This document shows, one piece after another, positions 56,138 through 64,000 of a DNA stretch of 64,000 bases. The notes beneath the pieces are model-generated. The model did no database searches and was not told the origin of the DNA. It was given only the letters and a program-made list of their open reading frames with translations. The position numbers and the translations under genes were made by a program. This DNA comes from Minisyncoccia bacterium (GTDB taxonomy: Bacteria > Patescibacteriota > Minisyncoccia > Phycocordibacterales > UBA918). Positions within the stretch are counted from its first letter, which is position 1, and each line of letters begins with the position of its first letter. The stretch is taken from contig JBGSJJ010000009.1 of assembly GCA_041742075.1 (NCBI GenBank), forward strand, positions 12,895 to 76,894. Reading direction: 5' to 3'.

Positions 56138-57595
56138 ATGTCAGCACACGAAGAACTTATTCAAGAACGAAGGCGGAAACGAGATGTGCTTATCGAAGCG
56201 GGAATGCATCCGTATAGTGCGACTACCAAAGCGACACACACGATGAAAGCAGTAAAGGAAGCTTTCCTTGAGCTTGCTACAGGTAACGTACCAGTAACGG
56301 TAGCAGGTAGAGTGGTGGCGCTTCGTGGACATGGAGCACTCGTGTTCTGTGATGTCTTCGATGGCACCGAAAGACTCCAACTTTTTTTCTCAAAAGAAAC
56401 TTTACCTGAGGAGGTATTCAACTTATTTGTAGACGCCATCGATGTCGGAGACTTTATTGAAGCAACCGGGGTACCCTTTATAACGAAGCGTGAGACCCAG
56501 GCAGTGCATGTTTCAGCTTGGCAAGTTTTAACAAAGTCACTTCAAGCTATCCCAGCTGAGCACTTTGGTATTAAAGACGAAGACGAACGTTATAGAAAGC
56601 GGTACTTAGACTTACTGCAAAATGAAGAGCTTCGTCATATGTTTCTTTTAAAAGAAAAATTCTGGGACGTCACTCGAGCGTTTATGAAACGTCAGGGTTT
56701 TTTAGAAGTCGAAACACCAACGATAGAAATCACGACTGGTGGAGCCGAAGCAAGGCCCTTTAAAACGTATCACAATGATTTTGATACTGAAGTGTTCATG
56801 AGAATTTCCGTCGGAGAGTTATGGCAGAAGCGACTGATGGCCGCGGGTTTACCAAAAGTTTTTGAAATAGGCAAAGCGTACCGAAATGAAGGAACTAGTC
56901 CAGAGCATCTCCAAGAGTTTACGAACATGGAGTTTTACTGGGCCTACGCTGATTATCGACAAGGCATGAAACTCGTACGTGAGCTCTACATTGAAATAGC
57001 CCAAGCGTTGTTTGGTACCACTACCTTCACCGCTCGCGAGCACACGTTTGACTTAGGGTCAGAGTGGCCGGAAATTGATTACGTGAGTGAAATTGAATCA
57101 CAAACGGGGGTTAATGTGATTTCAGCCAGTGAAGATAAGATGCGTGCTAAACTGGCAGAACTTAAGGTAACGTTTGAGGGTGCCAATCGCGAACGACTCA
57201 CCGACTCACTGTGGAAGCATTGTCGCAAGAGTATCGCCGGGCCAGCCTTTTTGGTAAACCACCCACTCTTAGTAGCACCTCTAGCAAAAACACGACCCGA
57301 TGGGGCGACCGTTGAGATGTTCCAGCCGATTATTGCTGGAAGCGAGGTAGGACGTGGCTATAGTGAGCTCAATGACCCAGATGATCAACGGGCACGCTTT
57401 GAAATCCAGCGAACGCTTCTCGAAGCGGGTGATGAAGAAGCGATGATGCCTGACTGGGAGTTCGTAGAAATGCTTGAGTACGGTATGCCACCAACCTGTG
57501 GTTTTGGTTTTGGTGAGAGATTCTTTGCCTTTTTAGTCGGGAAGCCACTTCGGGAAACACAATTATTTCCCCTCATGAAACCCCGCAACGATTAG
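56138..57595 (+). CDS. lysS: lysyl-tRNA synthetase, class II
   Basis: OB anticodon-binding domain, class II motifs and C-terminal GMPPTCGFGFGERF; start at the ATG giving MSAHEEL. Confidence 0.85.
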   Translation: MSAHEELIQERRRKRDVLIEAGMHPYSATTKATHTMKAVKEAFLELATGNVPVTVAGRVVALRGHGALVFCDVFDGTERLQLFFSKETLPEEVFNLFVDAIDVGDFIEATGVPFITKRETQAVHVSAWQVLTKSLQAIPAEHFGIKDEDERYRKRYLDLLQNEELRHMFLLKEKFWDVTRAFMKRQGFLEVETPTIEITTGGAEARPFKTYHNDFDTEVFMRISVGELWQKRLMAAGLPKVFEIGKAYRNEGTSPEHLQEFTNMEFYWAYADYRQGMKLVRELYIEIAQALFGTTTFTAREHTFDLGSEWPEIDYVSEIESQTGVNVISASEDKMRAKLAELKVTFEGANRERLTDSLWKHCRKSIAGPAFLVNHPLLVAPLAKTRPDGATVEMFQPIIAGSEVGRGYSELNDPDDQRARFEIQRTLLEAGDEEAMMPDWEFVEMLEYGMPPTCGFGFGERFFAFLVGKPLRETQLFPLMKPRND

Positions 57596-57624
57596 TCATG
57601 TTTGTGAGTTGTAGTTAACTATAT

Positions 57625-58302
57625 ATGGAAGCGCTTCCTCAGCACGTTGCTATTATAATGGACGGTAATCGTCGTGCCGGAAAAGCACTCTTTAGTGACC
57701 CACTTAAAGGTCACCGCGTCGGAGCAGAGACAGTAGAAGCGATTGTGCGTGCTTGTGCCAAACGAAACATTCCATTCCTGACGCTTTATGCGTTCTCGAC
57801 GGAAAACTGGAAACGAACGAAAATCGAAGTAGATACACTATTTGAATTGTTGTCAGTTTTTTTTGACTATCATCTTGAGCGACTTTTAAAAGAAAATGTG
57901 CGGGTCCGGGTTATCGGGAGACGTGATCGTTTACCGATTAACTTGGTTAAAAAAATTGAATCAATTGAGGTGATGTCAGCCAAAAAAAATGGTATCACGG
58001 TTACGATAGCGATTGACTACGGTGGTAGAGATGAGTTAGTTAGAGCAGTAACAAAAATTATAAGAACTGATACTGAGGTCAGCGAAGAGTCCCTGTCGCT
58101 CCTACTTGATACAAGCGGTGTCCCTGATCCAGACCTCATGATTCGAACCGGTGGAGAGAAGCGCTTGTCGGGTTTTTTACTTTGGCAAACGGCGTATGCA
58201 GAATTGTATTTTATTGATACTCTCTGGCCTCAATTTACAGAAACAGATTTAGATGAAGCACTCGCGTGGTTTGCCGGAAGAGAGAGGCGGAGAGGAAAGT
58301 AG
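57625..58302 (+). CDS. uppS: undecaprenyl-diphosphate synthase (cis-prenyltransferase)
   Basis: HVAIIMDGNRRAG, TLYAFSTENWKR, RTGGEKRLSGFLLWQ motifs. Confidence 0.85.
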   Translation: MEALPQHVAIIMDGNRRAGKALFSDPLKGHRVGAETVEAIVRACAKRNIPFLTLYAFSTENWKRTKIEVDTLFELLSVFFDYHLERLLKENVRVRVIGRRDRLPINLVKKIESIEVMSAKKNGITVTIAIDYGGRDELVRAVTKIIRTDTEVSEESLSLLLDTSGVPDPDLMIRTGGEKRLSGFLLWQTAYAELYFIDTLWPQFTETDLDEALAWFAGRERRRGK

Positions 58303-58317
58303 TTCTTTGTACCAAAG

Positions 58318-58348
58318 AAAAGGCGCGCCCGTAGGGTGCGCCTTTTTC
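58318..58348 (+). terminator. rho-independent terminator after uppS
   Basis: GGCGCGCCC-GTA-GGGTGCGCC hairpin followed by TTTTTCG. Confidence 0.5.
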
Positions 58349-58453
58349 GATATGTGTATAACTGTGGTTGGTGGTGGGGTATAGTGGTGTATAGTGTAAG
58401 TGTGGTGGGAGATAGTGGAATATGCAACGAAAGTTGTATAAACTAATCAAGAC

Positions 58454-58888
58454 ATGTTAATTGGTGAATATAAGCATACGTTGGATCCTAAGAAACGGCT
58501 GTCCTTACCGTCTAAATGGCGGAAGGATCTTGGGAAAAAGCTTGTAGTAACCAAAGGTCTTGATAACTGTCTCTTTGTATATCCGCTCAAGGAGTGGCAG
58601 AAGATCACTGAAAAAATTGGTCAACTGCCACTCGGGCAAGCGGATACGAGAAGTTTCAATAGATTCTTCTTATCCGGAGCAGTAGAAGTTGAGGTTGATA
58701 GCGTTGGACGAATTCTCGTTCCAGATTTCTTAAAGGAATTTGCCTTGCTCGACAGTAAAGTCGTGCTCGCAGGTATCCATGATCGTGTAGAGATTTGGGC
58801 AGAGAATACGTGGGACGACTATAAAAAGCGAATCGAACTCGAAGCAGATCGGCTTGCTGAAAAACTTGGAGAAATCGGCGTCCTCTAA
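58454..58888 (+). CDS. mraZ: transcriptional regulator MraZ
   Basis: tandem MraZ repeats with DxxxR motifs (LDPKKRLSLP ... VDSVGRILVP), 144 aa. Confidence 0.85.
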   Translation: MLIGEYKHTLDPKKRLSLPSKWRKDLGKKLVVTKGLDNCLFVYPLKEWQKITEKIGQLPLGQADTRSFNRFFLSGAVEVEVDSVGRILVPDFLKEFALLDSKVVLAGIHDRVEIWAENTWDDYKKRIELEADRLAEKLGEIGVL

Positions 58889-58934
58889 TTTATTGCATCA
58901 GAGTGAGTACAGGTACCACACAACACCTACTCAA

Positions 58935-59834
58935 ATGCAACATATTACGGTCCTTCAAAATGAAGTGCTCGAGGTATTGCGTCCACCAAAAGATGCCGTC
59001 ATCGTAGACTGCACACTCGGTAGTGGAGGTCATGCGGAGACTATAGTAAGTACACTCAGTAAGAAGAGTGTATATATTGCTATAGACCAAGACCCCACTG
59101 CACTGGAGTCCAGTCAAAAAAGACTCGGTGAGACAAAGGCCACACTTCATTTTGAAAACGGTAACTTCAAAGACATCAAAGCCATTGTTCTAAAATACGG
59201 CTACCAAGAGGTCGACGCAATCATTGCAGACCTCGGTTGGCGGATAGAGCAGTTTGATGGCAGTAGTGGAGTACCAAGAGGGTTTTCCTTCAAGGCAAAC
59301 GAACCACTCCTGATGACGTATGGCGATCCTGACTCCTACTCATTTACCGCATACGACATAGTAAATGAGTGGCACGAGGAAGATATAGCCAACGTCCTGT
59401 ATGCCTACGGAGAAGAGCGCTTTTCACGAAGAATCGCTCACGCGATAATTCTAAGAAGAGAAGAGCAGGTCATTGCAACGTCTGACGATTTAGCCGAAGT
59501 AATAGCTAGTGCCGTACCAAAAGCATACGCCAGAGGTAAGACACACCCGGCCACAAAAAGTTTTCAAGCACTCCGGATTGCAGTCAATGATGAATTTGAT
59601 TCACTGACCGCACTCATAAACGAAGGGTTTGAACTTTTGAAGCCAGGCGGAAGAATGGCAATCATTACCTTCCATAGTCTTGAAGACAGAATAGTTAAAG
59701 AACATTTTAGAAATCTTACACGCGATCAACGTGCCGTCCTCGTACACAAGAAACCAATCGTACCAAACTATGATGAAGTGAAGACAAATAGCCGGGCCCG
59801 CAGTGCCAAGCTCAGAACCATCGAGAAATTGTAG
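58935..59834 (+). CDS. rsmH: 16S rRNA (cytosine1402-N4)-methyltransferase RsmH (MraW)
   Basis: HITVLQNEVLE...DCTLGSGGHAE, DLGWRIEQFD, ITFHSLEDRIVK motifs; start at MQHITVL after the mraZ stop. Confidence 0.85.
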   Translation: MQHITVLQNEVLEVLRPPKDAVIVDCTLGSGGHAETIVSTLSKKSVYIAIDQDPTALESSQKRLGETKATLHFENGNFKDIKAIVLKYGYQEVDAIIADLGWRIEQFDGSSGVPRGFSFKANEPLLMTYGDPDSYSFTAYDIVNEWHEEDIANVLYAYGEERFSRRIAHAIILRREEQVIATSDDLAEVIASAVPKAYARGKTHPATKSFQALRIAVNDEFDSLTALINEGFELLKPGGRMAIITFHSLEDRIVKEHFRNLTRDQRAVLVHKKPIVPNYDEVKTNSRARSAKLRTIEKL

Positions 59835-59846
59835 CTACCACAAACA

Positions 59847-60173
59847 ATGAATCTACCACGCACAGCAACATATGTACTTAAAAATGACACTCTGGTTGTC
59901 TATGTGCTCGTTTGTTGTATTTGTTCGCTCGTGTCTCTTTACCTCTACTTTGTGAGTGCCTCGATTCACCATGTAGTGATGCGTACAGAGATTGAGCACA
60001 AAATCGGTGCGCTTCATTCAGAATTAAGTGCGCTTGAGACTGACCTCATGATGGTGCAACACAAAGTCAGTGCCGAGATAGCAACGCTCTCAGGCTACGT
60101 AGAACCTAAGGGAAAAGTATTTATAAACAGAGGTACCGAGAGTCTCGTACTCGGTGAACGACAAGAACCATAA
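59847..60173 (+). CDS. ftsL: cell-division protein FtsL-like (positional call)
   Basis: 108 aa, single TM helix followed by a coiled coil, located between rsmH and ftsI. Confidence 0.45.
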   Translation: MNLPRTATYVLKNDTLVVYVLVCCICSLVSLYLYFVSASIHHVVMRTEIEHKIGALHSELSALETDLMMVQHKVSAEIATLSGYVEPKGKVFINRGTESLVLGERQEP

Positions 60174-60181
60174 CCTCAGCT

Positions 60182-61900
60182 ATGAGGAAAGATGCTGTAT
60201 TGCGAATACGAATAATCACTGGAACGGTTTTAGCAATCGCTCTTCTTTTAGTAGGGAGGCTTTATTATATTCAACTGTACGACCATAAAACGTACGTAGA
60301 GCGTGCTGAACAGCAGTATGTACATACTGTGCAAGACCTGTATGACCGGGGGAGTATTTTTTTTACCACTAAAGACGGCGATCATGTATCTGCCGCGACT
60401 ATTCAAACTGGCTTTGTGCTCGCAATAGACGCAACCCGAATTACCGATGGTGAAGCGGTCTATACAGCGTTAAATGCTGTTCTACCAATTGAACGTGAAC
60501 GCTTTATGTCCCAGTTGCTGAACAAAGAAAAAACCTACCAGGAAGTTAACCAAAGGGTTTCAAACGAGGATGCTGAGAAAATTTCTGCCCTAGATCTACC
60601 GGGTGTTCAGCTCTATCGGACACACTGGCGCTATTACCCTGGTCAATCACTTAGTGCGCGAACTGTTGGCTTTGTCGGCTTTACCGAAGACTCTGGTGAT
60701 AAACTCACTGGACGATTTGGCTTGGAGCTTTACCACGAAGATGTGTTGAGTCGAAACGCCCAGAAAAAATCAGTAGACTTTTTTGCAGAAATATTTACAA
60801 ACCTAGGGAGTGTCGTCTTTGATAACAAACCAGCCAGGGAAGGAGACGTGATTACCTCTATTGAACCGACCGTAGCTCGTATGCTCGACAACAAGCTGGC
60901 TGAGGTGCAAGAGCAGTATCAAAGCCGTTTAACCGGTGGCATTATTATTAACCCGCAAGACGGCTCGATTTACGCGATGAATGTTCTCCCAACGTTTGAC
61001 TTAAATGATCGGACTGGTAAGACCATCGAGGATTTCAGTAACCCGCTCGTACAAGAGACTTATGAAATGGGTTCGATTATTAAGGCGCTCACGATTGCGG
61101 CCGGGCTCGATAGCGGTGCGATACTCCCAACGAGTACCTACTACGATGCGGGGTTCTTAGAGTTGAACACCTTTACTATCAAAAACTATGACGGTAAAGG
61201 AAGAGGTACAGTGGATATGCAACAGGTACTCAGTCAGTCACTCAATACCGGCGTGTCACACATCGTTTCGAAAATGGGTAATAAAGCCTTCCGAGACTAC
61301 TTCAAGGCCCTTAAACTCGATAGTGAAACTGGTATCGATATACCGTATGAAGCACATGGTACCTTAACAAACTTAAACTCTCCTCGTGACGTAGAGTATG
61401 CGACGGCTTCATTTGGTCAGGGAATTGCCATGACACCGATTGCTACCGTACGCGCACTTTCTGCTCTCGGTAATGGAGGGCGCTTGATTACACCACACAT
61501 TGCCACTGAAATTCAGTACTTAAGCGGTAAGCGAGAACCGATTACGTATCCGGAAGGAGAACAGGTATTTTCGCCTGAAACCAGTGAAGAAATATCACGC
61601 ATGCTCACGGTGGTAGTTGATGAAGCCCTTCGAGGCGGAAAAATGAAGATAGAGAACTATTCTATCGGAGCTAAAACCGGAACCGCGCAGATACCAAACC
61701 CAAATGGCGGGGGATACTATGATGACCGTTATCTCCACTCCTTTTTTGGTTATTTTCCTGCCTATGAACCAAAATACCTAGTTTTCTTGTATACTGTAGA
61801 GCCTAAAGGCGTTCAGTATGCTTCAGAAACGTTGACTGAACCGTTTATGGATATTACTAAGTTTTTAATTAACTACTACAACGTTCCCCCTGATAGATAG
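60182..61900 (+). CDS. ftsI: penicillin-binding protein, FtsI/PBP3-like transpeptidase
   Basis: N-terminal TM, SxxK (GSIIKALT), SxN (SQSLNTG), KTGT (AKTGTAQ); dcw cluster position. Confidence 0.8.
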   Translation: MRKDAVLRIRIITGTVLAIALLLVGRLYYIQLYDHKTYVERAEQQYVHTVQDLYDRGSIFFTTKDGDHVSAATIQTGFVLAIDATRITDGEAVYTALNAVLPIERERFMSQLLNKEKTYQEVNQRVSNEDAEKISALDLPGVQLYRTHWRYYPGQSLSARTVGFVGFTEDSGDKLTGRFGLELYHEDVLSRNAQKKSVDFFAEIFTNLGSVVFDNKPAREGDVITSIEPTVARMLDNKLAEVQEQYQSRLTGGIIINPQDGSIYAMNVLPTFDLNDRTGKTIEDFSNPLVQETYEMGSIIKALTIAAGLDSGAILPTSTYYDAGFLELNTFTIKNYDGKGRGTVDMQQVLSQSLNTGVSHIVSKMGNKAFRDYFKALKLDSETGIDIPYEAHGTLTNLNSPRDVEYATASFGQGIAMTPIATVRALSALGNGGRLITPHIATEIQYLSGKREPITYPEGEQVFSPETSEEISRMLTVVVDEALRGGKMKIENYSIGAKTGTAQIPNPNGGGYYDDRYLHSFFGYFPAYEPKYLVFLYTVEPKGVQYASETLTEPFMDITKFLINYYNVPPDR

Positions 61901-61912
61901 TAGCTATGACGT

Positions 61913-63205
61913 ATGAAAGAATTCCTAAAATCTATTGTTGTTGCAATTCTTACTTTTGAAGCAAAGATACTCTTAAGACGGGCTAAGCCAACCATTATTG
62001 CAGTGACTGGTAGTGTGGGTAAGACATCGACCAAGGATGCAATTTACTCTGCTCTTAAAGACAGTGTATACATTCGTAAGAGTCAAAAAAGTTTTAACTC
62101 GGAAATCGGGGTACCACTTTCAATTCTCGGTTTAGAGAATGGGTGGAGCAACCCATTTCTCTGGCTTAAAAATATTGTTGACGGCGCTCTTCTTTTAGTA
62201 ACTCCACTTAAGTACCCAAAAGTCCTCGTGCTGGAGATGGGTGTTGATAGGCCAGGCGATATGCAGAAACTGATGACCTGGATTACCCCCGACGTCGTCG
62301 TGCTGACACGGTTGCCTGACGTACCGGTACATGTAGAGTACTTCAGAGACCCTGAAGAAGTCATTCAGGAAAAACTTCATCTTGTAAATAATTTACGTGA
62401 TACAGGAATTTTGGTGTATAACCATGATGACGAACGGGTACGAGTTGAAGCCGAAAACATTCGACAAAAAACGTTTGGCTATAGTCGGTACAGCCCATCA
62501 GACTATACTCTTTCGGGTGATGAAATTATTTTTGAGAATAGACGGCCAATCGGTATGACCTGTACGCTCGAGCATGTAGAGGAGTCTGTCACTCTCATGA
62601 TTACGGGCTCACTTGGTGTTCAACATGCCTATAGCTACGCCGCTGCGTGCGCGGTAGCTCAACACTTTGGGGTGTCACTTGAAGACTCAGCCCGCGCTCT
62701 GTCGCTTGACGTACCACCACCGGGACGGATGCGGATACTGCCAGGTATTGAACATACCTTGATTGTTGATGATACGTATAACTCTTCACCAGTGGCGGCT
62801 CTCCGTGCCCTTGAGACGTTGGCCGAGCTAACCTCATACGGCCAACGAAAGATAGCGGTGCTCGGCGACATGCTTGAGCTCGGAAAATACTCAACGCGTG
62901 AACATGAGCGAGTCGGTGAGTATGCTGCAAAAGTAGTAGATGTGCTCGTGACCGTCGGGGTACGTTCACGGAAGACCGCCGAAGCAGCCTTAGAGGCAGG
63001 TCTCTCAGAAAAAGTGATTTTGCAGTACGACACGATAGAGGATGCGATTGCAGAAGTACCGCGGATCTTGCAAGACGGAGATGCGGTGTTGGTTAAAGCT
63101 TCACAAGGGGTTCGTGCGGAAAAATTAGTGGCAATTCTTATGGAAGAACCAGAACGAGCCAGAGAACTCTTGGTGCGACAAGATGCAATGTGGGATAAAA
63201 AGTAA
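61913..63205 (+). CDS. murF: UDP-N-acetylmuramoyl-tripeptide--D-alanyl-D-alanine ligase
   Basis: Mur ligase P-loop IAVTGSVGKTSTKD (MurF-type TGSxGKTS), central and C-terminal Mur ligase domains. Confidence 0.8.
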   Translation: MKEFLKSIVVAILTFEAKILLRRAKPTIIAVTGSVGKTSTKDAIYSALKDSVYIRKSQKSFNSEIGVPLSILGLENGWSNPFLWLKNIVDGALLLVTPLKYPKVLVLEMGVDRPGDMQKLMTWITPDVVVLTRLPDVPVHVEYFRDPEEVIQEKLHLVNNLRDTGILVYNHDDERVRVEAENIRQKTFGYSRYSPSDYTLSGDEIIFENRRPIGMTCTLEHVEESVTLMITGSLGVQHAYSYAAACAVAQHFGVSLEDSARALSLDVPPPGRMRILPGIEHTLIVDDTYNSSPVAALRALETLAELTSYGQRKIAVLGDMLELGKYSTREHERVGEYAAKVVDVLVTVGVRSRKTAEAALEAGLSEKVILQYDTIEDAIAEVPRILQDGDAVLVKASQGVRAEKLVAILMEEPERARELLVRQDAMWDKK

Positions 63206-63240
63206 AAGGGCGCACCACTTCTTGGTGCGCCCTTCGGTCC
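63206..63240. terminator. bidirectional intrinsic terminator after murF
   Basis: AAGGGCGCACCA-CTTC-TTGGTGCGCCCTT perfect hairpin between convergent genes. Confidence 0.6.
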
Positions 63241-63248
63241 TCTGGGTA

Positions 63249-63737
63249 TCAATGTATACCTGGTAAAGGATGTATAAGATACATAGAATAAAACTTGCTC
63301 GTATCACGACCAGCCATTCCGGCTTCAAATACTGGTGCCAGATCGCCAAAATCTTCGAAAAGGTCTTTAATAAGATTGTGGACTGAACCCTCACTTTCAA
63401 GTATCTCGCTGTCGTCAGTGGTGTCGTATTCAAGCTGTTCAGTTATATAGTTTAGTGAAAACTGACCACCTTTGTGATACCGGTTAGCAATATTGATGGC
63501 CTGCAAAACCTGCTTCTCATAGGCCATTGAAATTGCTTGCAGGTAAATAACTTTTACCTGTACAGTCTCTTCATCTTCGTATACGCTAAACTCAAAGCGA
63601 ATACTAGTTTTTCCTTTCCGGTATGGAATAACCACTGATTCTGAATGTTGTGTACTGTCATATTGCCAACCAGCAGTCACAGCTAAGGCATAGATGGAGC
63701 TATCACCGCTTGGATAACCGTCATCAACATTGCTCAT
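63249..63737 (-). CDS. hypothetical acidic protein (162 aa)
   Basis: ORF with good codon periodicity; no diagnostic motif (possibly a YbjN-like chaperone fold, unverified). Confidence 0.4.
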   Translation of the reverse strand: MSNVDDGYPSGDSSIYALAVTAGWQYDSTQHSESVVIPYRKGKTSIRFEFSVYEDEETVQVKVIYLQAISMAYEKQVLQAINIANRYHKGGQFSLNYITEQLEYDTTDDSEILESEGSVHNLIKDLFEDFGDLAPVFEAGMAGRDTSKFYSMYLIHPLPGIH

Positions 63738-64000
63738 GACAAAGAACTCCTGTTGCTATTTAGTTCATTTGTACTGCCATTTTCATTATTTGACAAGTAT
63801 TTGCACGTACGAAGGTTCCTTGCTATAAAAGGAAAGGAATATAACCTCTCTCAGGGAGCCTATAATTGAAAATAGTCTACAAAGACGCTTCCACTGAAAC
63901 CAGAACCAGACCACCAAGTCGAAAACCTCCCAGACCCCCGCGCTGAAGTCGCAAACGGCCCGCCTCTTTTAAAGAGAGCGGGCCGGTCTATTTTTTAGGA

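Noticed and set aside
1-64000. CRISPR arrays, rRNA genes, transposases/integrases, restriction-modification or toxin-antitoxin pairs
   Set aside because: No regularly spaced short direct repeats, no rRNA-like conserved segments, and no ORF with DDE, tyrosine-recombinase, methyltransferase-endonuclease or small paired toxin-antitoxin signatures were seen on either strand.

Overview
The window is a gene-dense, mostly co-directional chromosome segment from a small-genome bacterium, about 47% GC. It has Shine-Dalgarno-containing genes and a Gram-positive/Patescibacteria-like gene complement: a miniaturised delta' subunit, a ProRS without an editing insertion, a class I aldolase, and GH57/GH15 alpha-glucan enzymes. 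The phylum assignment is inference only. I can support about 60 CDSs. These include core translation and replication genes (hisS, prmC, rpmG, truB, def-fmt, priA, frr, proS, lysS, greA, hpf, holB-like). There is a complete elongasome/divisome block: mreB-mreC-mreD-like-mrdA, then greA-lysS-uppS, then mraZ-rsmH-ftsL-ftsI-murF. A second, isolated mreB sits next to an HTH-fused murA. There is an alpha-glucan cluster (GT4, GH57, GH15). Transporters include an ABC pair, a P-type ATPase, ClC, NhaD-like and CNNM proteins, alongside DNA repair genes (ung, mutM). There is one tRNA gene, which I read as tRNA-Asn(GUU) interrupted by an approximately 208-nt group I intron. The most unusual locus is a tightly packed plus-strand block at 38.0-47.7 kb. 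It encodes a soluble FtsK/HerA/VirD4-superfamily P-loop ATPase with a novel 460-aa N-terminal region. Immediately downstream are a 1652-aa highly acidic coiled-coil protein with a central glycine-rich hydrophobic segment, a small acidic protein and a Pro/Val/Glu-rich protein. Other oddities: a PriA lacking Walker A/B, an XRE-HTH::MurA fusion with a palindrome in its 5' region, a frame conflict in A-runs between the GH57 3' end and a Lys/Ala-rich histone-like ORF, two paralogous secreted lysozyme-like proteins, a frameshifted glycine-zipper gene, tandem intergenic repeats, and several unannotated small ORFs and terminators. No CRISPR, rRNA, transposase or integrase was seen.
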